From positions 1 through 45,226 of the IMG/VR virus record IMGVR_UViG_3300012953_000054: DNA of 45,226 nucleotides; one strand, 5' to 3'. Source of the DNA: a virus (lineage: Duplodnaviria > Caudoviricetes). Positions 10,011-20,600 of this stretch are shown piece after piece. Each line of letters starts with the position of its first letter. The first letter of the stretch is position 1. The notes beneath the pieces are model-generated. The model had not been told where the DNA came from and searched no databases. It saw only the letters and a list, made by a program, of their open reading frames with translations. The position numbers and the translations under genes were made by a program.

Positions 10011-10913
10011 ATGGCTACTTTTAGTGACAATTTAAGATTAGAACTTCAAGCAGATGGGGAAAATCCTAATACATGGGGTACAATTCTTAATGATAATGTT
10101 ATTAAGTTAATTGATACAGCTATTGCAGGATATACTTCCGTTCATGTTTGTACTGGAGGAACTGATGTTGTATTGCCTTTAGGTGATGGGAGTGTAGTTC
10201 AATCAAGAAATGCTGTTCTTAAATTTGCAGGTGCAGTATCTGCTAATACTAATGTTATTATTCCTGCTAAGTCTAAAATTTATATTATTAACGATAAGTC
10301 TACTAGAGTTAGTGACTCCACACTTACAGTCAAAACTAGTGCAGCTACTGGAGGAACAGGTCGTGCTATTCCTGTAGGTTCAAGTGAGTTAGTCTACTGT
10401 GATGGTGTTTCTGTTTTTGCTCTTAATGGTACAGGGTTAAACTTAGGTACTGCTTCTGAACTAAACTTTGGTACTTCTATTAATGAACTAATTCCTGTAT
10501 CTACTGCAGACAATAGGTATGTAAGGGTAAGTGTATCTAGTAGTATTATAGGAGATAAAACTTTTTTAGGATCAGCTACCTTTGCTTCTAAAATTGTTAA
10601 TGCTCCTACTACATTATCAGGTGCAACTTCTATTACTCCTAACTTTGCAGTTAATAATTCTTTTACTGTTACTCTTACAGCTAACGTAACTTTACAAAAT
10701 CCTTCTAATGCTACAGCAGGACAAGGTGGAACTATATATCTTATACAAGATGCTACTGGTTCAAGAACTATGGCATTTGGAGGAGCATATAAATTTCCTG
10801 CCGGTACTGTTCCTGTTTTGAGTACATCTACTAGTGCAGTAGATATACTAGTGTATAATGTAAGAGATACTTCTCTTGTAGATTCTGTTGTAATTAAAAG
10901 TTTTGGACGATAA
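10011..10913 (+). CDS. Tail fibre (proximal) protein
   Basis: N-terminal LELQADGENPNTWG anchor; C-terminal domain paralogous to that of 3525-4844. Confidence 0.7.
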   Translation: MATFSDNLRLELQADGENPNTWGTILNDNVIKLIDTAIAGYTSVHVCTGGTDVVLPLGDGSVVQSRNAVLKFAGAVSANTNVIIPAKSKIYIINDKSTRVSDSTLTVKTSAATGGTGRAIPVGSSELVYCDGVSVFALNGTGLNLGTASELNFGTSINELIPVSTADNRYVRVSVSSSIIGDKTFLGSATFASKIVNAPTTLSGATSITPNFAVNNSFTVTLTANVTLQNPSNATAGQGGTIYLIQDATGSRTMAFGGAYKFPAGTVPVLSTSTSAVDILVYNVRDTSLVDSVVIKSFGR

Positions 10914-10916
10914 TTA

Positions 10917-12839
10917 ATGACATCTACATCTTCTAAATTTTTTAAACTAGATTTTAAACCGGGATTTCACCGAGAGACTACTCAATATGCTGAGTCAGGG
11001 TCTTGGTTTGACGGTGATCGTGTACGTTTTAGAAGAGGTAAACCAGAAAATTTAAGAGGTTATCAGAAAGAACATGCTATACCTTTTGATGGTGTAGGTA
11101 GAGATTTACTTACATGGGCAAACGATAACACACAGAAGCTTTTATCCGTAGGTACAGAACAAAGATTATATCTTTTACAAGGAGATGTTAATTATGATAT
11201 TACTCCTTTAACTACTATAGTTTCTGTAGGATCGTTAGGAACACAAGGAAGTTTTGCTACGTCTGTAGGAAGCAATCGAATTGAAGTAAGTCTAAATAAT
11301 ACAGGTACAAGTGTAGGCGATGCTATTCAGTTTTCTGCTTGTTCTTTAAATGGTTTTACTCAAGGTACTAATTTTGCTGCTACTTCTTTTGGTGGTCCAG
11401 TATATGTAGTAGCATCTACGAGTGGATTAAATCATTTCTATGTAAGTACTCTTAATACTGCAGCTAGTACTGAAACAGGTGGTCAAGGAGTACTTGGTTT
11501 TCTTATTCCTAAAGGAGAACTAAATAACATTCAAGGTTTAGGTTATGGTGCAGGAGTATATAACGCAGGTACAAGCCTAGCTTCAGCCGCTGGCGGTAGG
11601 GGTTGGAGTAGACCTGCTCTATCTTCTAACATTACTTTCCTTGCTGCCCAATGGTCCTTAGATACTTGGGGTGAAGATATGTTAGCTGTACGTAGAGGTA
11701 GTCAGTTATTCCATTGGGATGCTGATGCTAGTGTTAATCCACTACGAGCAACAATAGTTAGTACTAGTCCTTCTACTATTAATAGTATTATTGTATCTCC
11801 TAATGACAGACATGCAATAGCTTTAGGTACTAATGAGTTTGGTACTGGTGACTTTAATCCATTACTAGTTCGTTGGTCTGATCAAGAAAACTTTACTAAC
11901 TGGACACCATCAGTTTCTTCTACGTCAGGTGAACTACAGTTAATTGAAGGTACACGTATTGAAGGTGCAATACGAGGACGTAATGCAATTCACATCTTTA
12001 CTGATAATGGTATGTATGGATTACAATTTGTTGGTCCTCCGTTTATCTTTAGTCTTACACTCTTAGGAAGTAACTGTGGTGCTATTGGTCCTCATGCAGC
12101 AGTAGCTGTAGATGGTGCATCTTTTTGGATGGGAGAGAATAACTTCTACGCATTTGATGGTAGAGTACGTAAACTAGATTGTACCGTTCGTAGATTTGTT
12201 TATGATAATGTTAATCTAGTAAATAAAGATAAAGTATTTGCAGCTATTAATTCTGAGTTTCACGAAATAATATGGCTATATCCTTCTGGAGATTCTTCTG
12301 AACCTAATGCCTATGTAACTTATAATTACATGGAAGATACTTGGACATATGGTACAGGATTTTACACTACATTTGCAGACAGTAATGTTTTTGATAGTAC
12401 TGTAGCCACAGGAGAGTTGTCAGGTACAGGTGCAGGTGGTGATCCTGCAGTAAGTATACCTACAAGCACAGGTCAGTTTATCTGGGCAAATGAACCTACT
12501 TCAGTATTTACGGGAGACACTTCAATTGCTCTTACTTCTTTCCTTGAGTCATCTGACTTTGATATTGCAGATGGTGAAGATATGATGTTTGTTAACAGAC
12601 TAATTCCTGATTATGCTTTTAACGATACTGGTGTTCTTCAGTTCAAGATCAATACACAAGAATATCCTGCTGCCACTACAATAGCTGTAGGACCGTTCAG
12701 CATCAACCGTAACACTAAGAAGGTAGACTTTAGAGCAAGAGGACGGCAGGGTAATGTACGAGTCTCTACGGGACTTCTAGGCACATCATGGAGATGGGGT
12801 AGTGTGCGTCTTGCTGCACAATCAGATGGTAAGCGATAA
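10917..12839 (+). CDS. Tail nozzle / stabilisation protein (P22 gp10-like beta-propeller)
   Basis: KPG..RE.T.Y, W.DGDRVRF, RWSDQE, GPPF.F, R.RGRQ, DGKR end. Confidence 0.75.
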   Translation: MTSTSSKFFKLDFKPGFHRETTQYAESGSWFDGDRVRFRRGKPENLRGYQKEHAIPFDGVGRDLLTWANDNTQKLLSVGTEQRLYLLQGDVNYDITPLTTIVSVGSLGTQGSFATSVGSNRIEVSLNNTGTSVGDAIQFSACSLNGFTQGTNFAATSFGGPVYVVASTSGLNHFYVSTLNTAASTETGGQGVLGFLIPKGELNNIQGLGYGAGVYNAGTSLASAAGGRGWSRPALSSNITFLAAQWSLDTWGEDMLAVRRGSQLFHWDADASVNPLRATIVSTSPSTINSIIVSPNDRHAIALGTNEFGTGDFNPLLVRWSDQENFTNWTPSVSSTSGELQLIEGTRIEGAIRGRNAIHIFTDNGMYGLQFVGPPFIFSLTLLGSNCGAIGPHAAVAVDGASFWMGENNFYAFDGRVRKLDCTVRRFVYDNVNLVNKDKVFAAINSEFHEIIWLYPSGDSSEPNAYVTYNYMEDTWTYGTGFYTTFADSNVFDSTVATGELSGTGAGGDPAVSIPTSTGQFIWANEPTSVFTGDTSIALTSFLESSDFDIADGEDMMFVNRLIPDYAFNDTGVLQFKINTQEYPAATTIAVGPFSINRNTKKVDFRARGRQGNVRVSTGLLGTSWRWGSVRLAAQSDGKR

Positions 12840-13108
12840 TGCTTTATCCTAACTTACCTGATTACAGCGAACTACGTCCAGAAGAACTACAAAGATTTTA
12901 TAGAGAGTTATTAGTTTATACTGATGAATTAAAATTTTTGTTAGAGACAAGAGATAATGAGTTGGATACTAGACCTGCTTCTAATATATTAACAGTAGTT
13001 ACTGTAGCTTCTATAGGAAGACCTTCTAATGGCAATGTAGTATTCTCTGCAAGTGCAGGTAAGTTTAGAGGATTTGTGAGTGGAACAGGATGGGTGGACT
13101 TTAACTAA
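12839..13108 (+). CDS. Hypothetical tail-associated protein
   Basis: Coupled ORF after nozzle; helical N-terminus, GW end. Confidence 0.6.
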   Translation: MLYPNLPDYSELRPEELQRFYRELLVYTDELKFLLETRDNELDTRPASNILTVVTVASIGRPSNGNVVFSASAGKFRGFVSGTGWVDFN

Positions 13109-13320
13109 TGACAAGTAGAACATATAAAGATTTATTAAATAATACTTATTTAGAGAATATGAATACTGGTGCAACTGAGCAACCTAACTATTTTGGTAAT
13201 ACAACTACTATTACTGGTATGGTAAATAAGCAACAACCATTGTATAATAATCAAAATACCATGCAAGCTGACATGACACTAGGACAATCTAATTACATGA
13301 ATCCAAAGAGAGTTTTATAA
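13108..13320 (+). CDS. Hypothetical protein
   Basis: TAATG-coupled 70-aa ORF. Confidence 0.55.
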   Translation: MTSRTYKDLLNNTYLENMNTGATEQPNYFGNTTTITGMVNKQQPLYNNQNTMQADMTLGQSNYMNPKRVL

Positions 13321-16251
13321 ATGGCTTATATGCAACCACCACAACAGGGTATACCTCGCTTACTGGCTATGAAAGACCCTACTAATCCTATCCTGATGCA
13401 TATGTCTCCTATGGAGGCAGCACAGATAACAGCTATGCGTGGTCAAGGATTTAATCCTCAAACTGGTTTACCTGTATTAGGTAGAGCAGAAGGTGGTATG
13501 TTGCAACCAGAAAAACCTCCTTATGCTGATATAGCACAAGAGTTAGAAGAAAAGGGTAGGTTTGGAGATACACACCTACTTCATGTTAGAGATGATGAAC
13601 TACAAGGCTTATCTTCTTTAGGTCAGCTAACAGTTAATCCAGATACAGGATTACCTGAAGCCTTCAGTTTTAAATCTTTAGTTCCTGCCTTAGTAGGTAC
13701 TGCAGTTACGATTGCCTCTGGTGGTTCAATGGCACCATTGATGGCGGCGGGTATGGGTGGTTTAGCTACCTTTGGTACTAGCATGGCTATGGGTAATAGT
13801 TTAGAACAATCTCTACTTAGTGGCTTTATGACCTTTGGTGGTGGTGCCATTGCAGGTGGTGGACCTGCTTTTGGTGCAGAAGCTGGTGCTGGTGCTGGTG
13901 TAGGTGCAAGCACTGGTTCAGTTATGGGAAGTGGTGGTGAGTTAGCCATGTCATCTATGGGTAATTTACCTCTTAATACGGTTGTTAATACACCTATGGC
14001 AGCAACAGCAGCATCAGCAGTTACTCCTGCTATGACTACAGGTATGAGTGGTGCATTTCCATCTACTCCTGCAGAAGCATTCGCCCTTGATACAATTAGA
14101 TCATCTCCTTCTTTTGTAGGACCATCAGGAGGACTTGAATTAGGAGTAGCACCTAGTTCACAAAGCCTTGTTAGTTCACAAGGATTTATAGGTCCACCAT
14201 TAGATGCAAGTGGTCAAGCAATAGATGCGAACATACAAAGTGCTATTGCAAATAATATGGAAAATTATAGTCCCGGTCTAAGTACATTAAATGAGCAAGG
14301 ACAGCTATTAACTAGTAACCCTTTGCCGGAAGCACGTCAACAGATAGTAGGTACAAGAAATTTAACAGGTGATGGGATAACTAAGTTTAGACCGGGAGAA
14401 TATTATGATCAGGGTAGCTTTAATGAATTTTTTAAAGGTAAAATTCCTGCAGAAGGATTAACTAGATCAGAACAAATTGCTTATGGTTATACTCCTAGGG
14501 ATGCTACTATGGCAGAAAAGTTCCAAGCTTTTGGTAACAACCCTGCTAAAATGGCAAAGGGTATAGGTATTCCTGTAGCAGGTGCAATGCTTACTGCTGA
14601 TCCTTATATCCCACCAGAAAGTGAAGACCTAGAGTCTACCTTCTCTACTTATACTCCAAGAGAAAGAACATTAGTAGGTAGTAGACCACGATCAGAAACA
14701 TTTGAAGAGATACAAGAACGTATGCTACGTGGAGCAGGTGATACACAGTTCCAACCTTTCTCTCCACATAGGTTCGTTAATGAAGGTGGTTTAGTAGGAT
14801 TAAATAGAGGTGGTAGGCCACGTGAAGGTGGACCGCCTACTGGTCTTCCACCTGATACAGGACTACAAGCTAATTCTTTTGCCAGAGGTTTAATGATGGC
14901 AATGAACAGGATTACTGGAGAGAAACAAAAAGAAGAACAACAAAAAGGAACTACTGGATTAACAGGTTTAAATGAAGGAGGTATGCTAAATGCAAATTAT
15001 CCTCGTTATAACTCTGGGAGTACTATTGGGTTTAATGATGGTGGGCAACCTAAAATGCCTACACTACCTATATCTTTACAAGCAATAATGAAAAGACTAA
15101 ACGTAGAAGACTACTCTCCTTTCTTAGAATTTGCTGACAAAACAGAAGAAGTAGAAAGTCGTGGAGGAGAAGATCGAATTAATAAAAATAGTAGTGCCAG
15201 AGGAAATTTTCAATGGCTAACTAAGGTTGATCCTAATGCAAAAAAAGGTAAGCATGGTTCAGTAAAAACTGCTGTAAATAGAACTATATCTTCTTATAAA
15301 GATATGGGACAAGATATTCCTGAATGGTTAAATACTTTAAATAAAAACTCTACTAAGAGTACAAAAGATTTAGAAAAAAATATATTGTCTTTAACTCCTG
15401 AACAAGAACGAGAATTGTTCTTTGGAAATATGAATAAACAAACAGGAAGTGATAGATATTTAAGTAAAATTGCTACTGGTGATCAGCAAGCTATGATAGA
15501 TGCTTATAGTATTTTCCATCATACTGAAGGAAAAACAGATAAACCTACAGCAAAAAGAGCGAATGAAATATTCTTAGCGGAAAGTACAACAACAACTGCA
15601 CCAAATATGGGATTAGCTTCTTTACCTCAAGAAGAAATAATTGTTGAAGGTATGCAAGATACTCGCCCAGATAAAAAGTATACTGTACAATCAGGAGATA
15701 CTTTAAGTCAACTAGCTGCTGACTCAGGTATGTCTGTAGAGGATATTATGAAAGCTAATTTAAGTAGAATCTCTGATCCAGATAAAATTTATGCTGGTCA
15801 ACAAATAGCATTGAGTGATTCACCTGATATACCTAATCCTGTAAGAATGGATAGTGAAGGAAACAAAACTTCTACTGATTCATTATTAGAAACAGTTAAA
15901 GAAATAATTCCTAATTTTATTCAGCGTTCAGCAGGAGGAGGAATTGGTCAGTACTATGCACAGGGAGGAAGTACAGGTCAGTATTATGAAGGTCAGGTGA
16001 TAGGTCAAGGTGATGGTATGTCAGATGAAATACTATTTGAAGTAGAAGGTAACAATCCTGATAAAGCGTTGCTAAGTAGGGATGAATATGTTATACCTGC
16101 AGATGTAGTGGCTATGCTGGGCAATGGTTCGTCCAATGCAGGAGCAGAACAATTAGATAGCTTTATGAGAAATATTCGTCAGCAATCTTTTGGTACGCCA
16201 GAACAACAAAGACAAATGAATCCACAACAAGGACTATCACAGTTAGTATAA
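13321..16251 (+). CDS. Internal virion/ejection protein with lysozyme-like (SLT) and LysM domains
   Basis: ESRGG...SSARGNFQ (~15154); LysM YTVQSGDTLSQLA...I.AGQ.I (~15679-15813); G/A-rich hydrophobic segment; C-terminal GDGMSD.I...LSRDEYVIPA. Confidence 0.75.
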   Translation: MAYMQPPQQGIPRLLAMKDPTNPILMHMSPMEAAQITAMRGQGFNPQTGLPVLGRAEGGMLQPEKPPYADIAQELEEKGRFGDTHLLHVRDDELQGLSSLGQLTVNPDTGLPEAFSFKSLVPALVGTAVTIASGGSMAPLMAAGMGGLATFGTSMAMGNSLEQSLLSGFMTFGGGAIAGGGPAFGAEAGAGAGVGASTGSVMGSGGELAMSSMGNLPLNTVVNTPMAATAASAVTPAMTTGMSGAFPSTPAEAFALDTIRSSPSFVGPSGGLELGVAPSSQSLVSSQGFIGPPLDASGQAIDANIQSAIANNMENYSPGLSTLNEQGQLLTSNPLPEARQQIVGTRNLTGDGITKFRPGEYYDQGSFNEFFKGKIPAEGLTRSEQIAYGYTPRDATMAEKFQAFGNNPAKMAKGIGIPVAGAMLTADPYIPPESEDLESTFSTYTPRERTLVGSRPRSETFEEIQERMLRGAGDTQFQPFSPHRFVNEGGLVGLNRGGRPREGGPPTGLPPDTGLQANSFARGLMMAMNRITGEKQKEEQQKGTTGLTGLNEGGMLNANYPRYNSGSTIGFNDGGQPKMPTLPISLQAIMKRLNVEDYSPFLEFADKTEEVESRGGEDRINKNSSARGNFQWLTKVDPNAKKGKHGSVKTAVNRTISSYKDMGQDIPEWLNTLNKNSTKSTKDLEKNILSLTPEQERELFFGNMNKQTGSDRYLSKIATGDQQAMIDAYSIFHHTEGKTDKPTAKRANEIFLAESTTTTAPNMGLASLPQEEIIVEGMQDTRPDKKYTVQSGDTLSQLAADSGMSVEDIMKANLSRISDPDKIYAGQQIALSDSPDIPNPVRMDSEGNKTSTDSLLETVKEIIPNFIQRSAGGGIGQYYAQGGSTGQYYEGQVIGQGDGMSDEILFEVEGNNPDKALLSRDEYVIPADVVAMLGNGSSNAGAEQLDSFMRNIRQQSFGTPEQQRQMNPQQGLSQLV

Positions 16252-16689
16252 ATGAAAATTATTAAAATAGATACAGAACTTGTACCTTTTATATGGCCGT
16301 ATGTATCGGACTTACTTAAAAAACCTTTGGATAGAAGTTTTGGTGAACTAGAAGTAGAACATATATATTCTTATTTAGCAGAAGGACATCAAGATTTATG
16401 GATTGTAAAGGATACAGATAATAAAATTATCACAGTCTGTACTGCACAGATGATAATTTATCCTATGCAAAAAGTATACCAGATTATTTTAGTAGGTGGT
16501 GAAGGATTTAAAGTTAAAGAGTGGGTAGATAAATGTTGGAATAAAGATTCTCCTATTCTAAAATATGCTAAAGAACAAAATTGTGTTAGAATAGAAACTA
16601 TTGTACGAGATGGTTTTATAAAGATATTAAGTAAATATGGTTTTAATAAAACAGCTACGGTATTAAATAAAATGTTAGAGGAAAAGTAA
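16252..16689 (+). CDS. GNAT-fold-like morphogenesis protein, paralog 1
   Basis: W..V...L.R, G..LW, AKEQNC.RIE...RDGF..L..YGF. Confidence 0.6.
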   Translation: MKIIKIDTELVPFIWPYVSDLLKKPLDRSFGELEVEHIYSYLAEGHQDLWIVKDTDNKIITVCTAQMIIYPMQKVYQIILVGGEGFKVKEWVDKCWNKDSPILKYAKEQNCVRIETIVRDGFIKILSKYGFNKTATVLNKMLEEK

Positions 16690-17244
16690 ATGGGTCAGTC
16701 AACATTGGGCAGTACACAGTTAGCAAGAACAGCGGAGCAACAAAGTCAGTTGTCTTCTCCTAGTTCTTTGCCTGTTAATAGTTATGGAGCAGGAGGTAAA
16801 TCAGGTAATCCTATGAGTGCACCTACTGTTGCACCTGTTTCACCTGCTGTACCACCTAGTTTTAGTGGTCTTCCTAGTCCTGTACCATCAGTGCCTACTC
16901 CTCCTTCTTCTTTGCCAGCAGTAGCTACTAGACCACCTATGCAAGGAATGCCTACCCCACCTCCACCAGTTAGTATTCCTGCACCTTCTGGAGGAAAGAT
17001 GCGTCCACCTCCTACTAATGCTGCTGGTCAAACTCCATATATGTCATCACCAGAAACTATTAATATTGATATTAGTGATGATGGTGGTTTAGCTAGTATG
17101 AATGTACCAACTACATCTTTATATCCATCTACTCCTCCTCCTACTCGTACTAAAAATCCTAGTTTAGGTACTGCACCACCTCCTGTTCAACCTACTAATC
17201 AGCTTCCTGTAAATATGCAACCTAACCCAATGTTACCTTATTGA
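16690..17244 (+). CDS. Pro/Ser/Thr-rich low-complexity protein
   Basis: GAGG RBS; sits tightly between the two paralogs. Confidence 0.65.
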   Translation: MGQSTLGSTQLARTAEQQSQLSSPSSLPVNSYGAGGKSGNPMSAPTVAPVSPAVPPSFSGLPSPVPSVPTPPSSLPAVATRPPMQGMPTPPPPVSIPAPSGGKMRPPPTNAAGQTPYMSSPETINIDISDDGGLASMNVPTTSLYPSTPPPTRTKNPSLGTAPPPVQPTNQLPVNMQPNPMLPY

Positions 17245-17248
17245 GTAA

Positions 17249-17677
17249 ATGAATTTAATAAAAATAGAAACTAACTGCATAGAAGTTACTTGGCCTTACG
17301 TTAAAGATTTTATACAAAAACCATTAGATAGAAGTATGGGAGAAAGAAATATAAAAGACGTATACTACTCACTCATACATGGTCAACAACAATTGTGGGT
17401 AGCAGTAGATGAAGAAGACGGTATGTTTGGAATATGTATTACTCAGATACTAGAGTATCCTAACTTTAAAGCTTTGTCCATGCCTTTCATTGGTACTAAG
17501 CCACATACAATTAAGAAATGGTTTGATTACGGAATGGGTGATGACTCTCCTATAATTAAATGGGCAAGAGAGTTAGGAATAAAAAGAATAGAAGGTTATG
17601 CTAGAGATGGTTGGTTAAATATGACTAAGAAATATAACTTTAAAAAATACTACACTGTTATAACAAGGGATATATAG
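17249..17677 (+). CDS. GNAT-fold-like morphogenesis protein, paralog 2
   Basis: Aligns with 16252-16689 (WPYV.D...KPLDRS.GE, DSPI.K.A.E, RIE...RDG). Confidence 0.6.
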   Translation: MNLIKIETNCIEVTWPYVKDFIQKPLDRSMGERNIKDVYYSLIHGQQQLWVAVDEEDGMFGICITQILEYPNFKALSMPFIGTKPHTIKKWFDYGMGDDSPIIKWARELGIKRIEGYARDGWLNMTKKYNFKKYYTVITRDI

Positions 17678-20600
17678 TGATGGACTTGAATAAATTAGTT
17701 AGTGAACTTACAATTGCAGATAAGATTTGCCTGTATAATACTTTGTATGAAGACTTGGCTTGCAAAGGTATTGATGGTGACACTGAACTTGCTCATGTGA
17801 ATAAGCAAGAGATGGCAGTCTTACGTGCAATGGGTGGTTCAGGGACAATTAATCCTAATACTAATCTTGTACAGTTTGGTGGTGGTGGTTCACCTCCTCC
17901 TCCTCCCCCTGCTACATCTACTGTTACTCAACAAGCCACTATTCCAGAGGAACTTAAACCGTTTATCACTGATATTCTTGAGAAGTCTAAAGCTATTCAA
18001 GAACGTAGAGAAGAAGAAGGTTATGTTCCTTTCCAAGGTCCACGCCTTGCTGACTTTACTGAAGAACAACAAACTGCTTTTGAAGGTATTAAAGACCTTC
18101 AAGGAGCAGGACAACCGTTCTATGATCTTGCTACAGGTTTGACTGCTTCTAGCGCACAAGCGCCTACCTCTGCATCTGTAAATGAATTTATGAATCCCTT
18201 TATTCAGAATGTAATAGATGTACAAACTAGAGAAGCTTTAAGGCAGGGTGATGTAGAGAGGCAGAACATAGGTGCACAGGCTGTAGCTGCTGGTGGATTT
18301 GGTGGTTCTCGTCAGGCAATTCTTGAAGCAGAACAGGCACGTAATCTACAACAAAGGTTAGGAGATATTCAAGCACGTGGTCAAGCTGCTGCATTTGAAG
18401 ATGCACAGGCACGACTACAACAACAGCGTGAGCGTGAGCGTCAAGCTGGTGCACAGTTTATGGGATTGGGTACACAAGTACCGGGACAACGGTTACGTGA
18501 AATTACTGGACTTGAGGCTGTAGGTGCACAGAAACAAGCATTAGGTCAAGCAGGTATAGATATTGCTGCACAAGAATTTGAAATTGGTAGGTCATTTCCT
18601 GAACGTACTTTGCAGGACTATCAGTCTATTGTTCGTGGTTATGCACAACCTATTCCTGCTAGTACACTACAACGTCAGTCTAGCCAACAACCTGCACCAT
18701 CATTTCTTTCTCAAGCTGCAGGTCTAGGCGCTGCTGGATTAGGAGCATTTAAAGCATTTGGTGGTAATGCTCAAGGTGGCTTGGTTGGTCTAGCAGAAGG
18801 CGGTCTTCCTGCTGGTGGAACTGTACTAGAAAGCCAGACAGAAGCTATCTCTGAACGTGCACAGAATGATCCTCTTACTCAATCAGAACGTCAACCTTTA
18901 TCTCAAACCCAACAGTTTGTTCGTGGACAAGAGAATGAAGAAGCAGCTACTGTAGAGGAACAACTAAAACAAATTCAAGGATTAGCTTTAGGTGCAACTA
19001 ATGCTATTGCTCAAGGACAGAGACAGCTTGCCAGTATGAATACTGCACCGGGAATGGGTGCACAACCAGCTAACTTTGGTGGTAATGTAGGATCATTTGG
19101 TTTTAAGAAAGGTGGACTACTTGCACTAAAGCATTTAGCTAATGGTGGTATAGTTAAGTTACAAAGTGGTAGTAGCATATCACAAGTTGATATGTTAAGC
19201 AATATGTCAGATACAGCCTTACAACAAGCTGCGGGTAATAAAGATTTTTCTATAGCATTAGTACAAAAAGAACAAGAAAGACGTAGAGGTTTAATACCAT
19301 TGGAATATAGAATAAAAGATTCATTAATCAAGAATCTTCCAATGGGGGGAGAAAGAGAAGAACGTAGGAATACAGTAGCACCGGGAGATGCACCCCCTGA
19401 CTTTTCATTGAGAGAAAGAGGAACATATGAACCTCCGTCTGCATTAAGTGAAGATTTATCTAGTATAGGCACAGCAATTAAAAAAGGTGTAGGAAAGGTT
19501 ACAGATATTACTGATCAACCATATCAAAGTTTTAGTGATGCTATAGGATCACATCTGCGTGATCTTGGAACTTATGTTACAGGTACTCCTAAACAATTGG
19601 AAAAAGATTTAGAAAAATCAGCGGCATCACGAGATAAAGTGGAACAAGACCTTCGTTATGCTTTTGGTTTAGATAGAGATGATTTACTAAGTGATTCATA
19701 TACTAAACGGGGTACAATAGATACTCCTTTAACAGGAAGAATGGCACTTAAATCAACTGATGAGGAAACTTATGCTCAAATGGGTGAAAGAATGGCGCGT
19801 GGGGAACTAAGTCCAATTGAGAAACAAATTTTAGAAAGAGGAAAAATAAAAGATCAAGCTGCTCAAGTAATGACAGATGAGCAACAGGCAATGAAATTAG
19901 CAAACGCCGTAAACACACCTGATATTGGACAAGAGAATAAGAACCTTGTTCCTTTAACCAGCACTTTTAAGAGTCAATCTGAGTCACTAGACGCTCCTCA
20001 ATTACCTGAAAATGTAATGGGTGTGCCTGACATGGAACAGTCAGGTTTAGAAAGTATTGAAGAGATAATGCAGAAAGGCGCAGGTGAACAAAGTGATGCT
20101 GAAATAAAAGTTAAAGAAAGTCTTGCATCTGATGTTAAAGATGGTGGTGTTGCAGGAGATTATGAATTAGCTAATACAACTAAGGTAGAATTTATAAGTG
20201 AAGTGGATAAGATGCGTAACTCACCTGAGTATCTTAAAATGACAGAGATTAACGAGAAGTTAAAAGAAGCAACAGGAAAAGAAAGAGAGTTACTTCAAAA
20301 GCAACTTGATGAAGGTGGTGAAGTTGAAAAAGGTTATGCACTTATGGACTTAGGATTTGGTATTCTCGCTCAACCGGGAGGACAGACGTTCCTTGAGACT
20401 ATAGGTAAGGGTGCGAAAGACTCTAAGTTTACTACTAAGCTAGCAAAGCTTAGTGATAAACAGAAGAAGCTTGCTCTTGACTTTGCTAAGTTGGACAGGC
20501 GTGAGTTACAAGATGAACTTGGCCTAAGTAAACAACAAGCTACTATGGTTATGGAAGGTCGTAAGTTAGATATTCAAAAGAGAGTAGCTAATGCACAATT

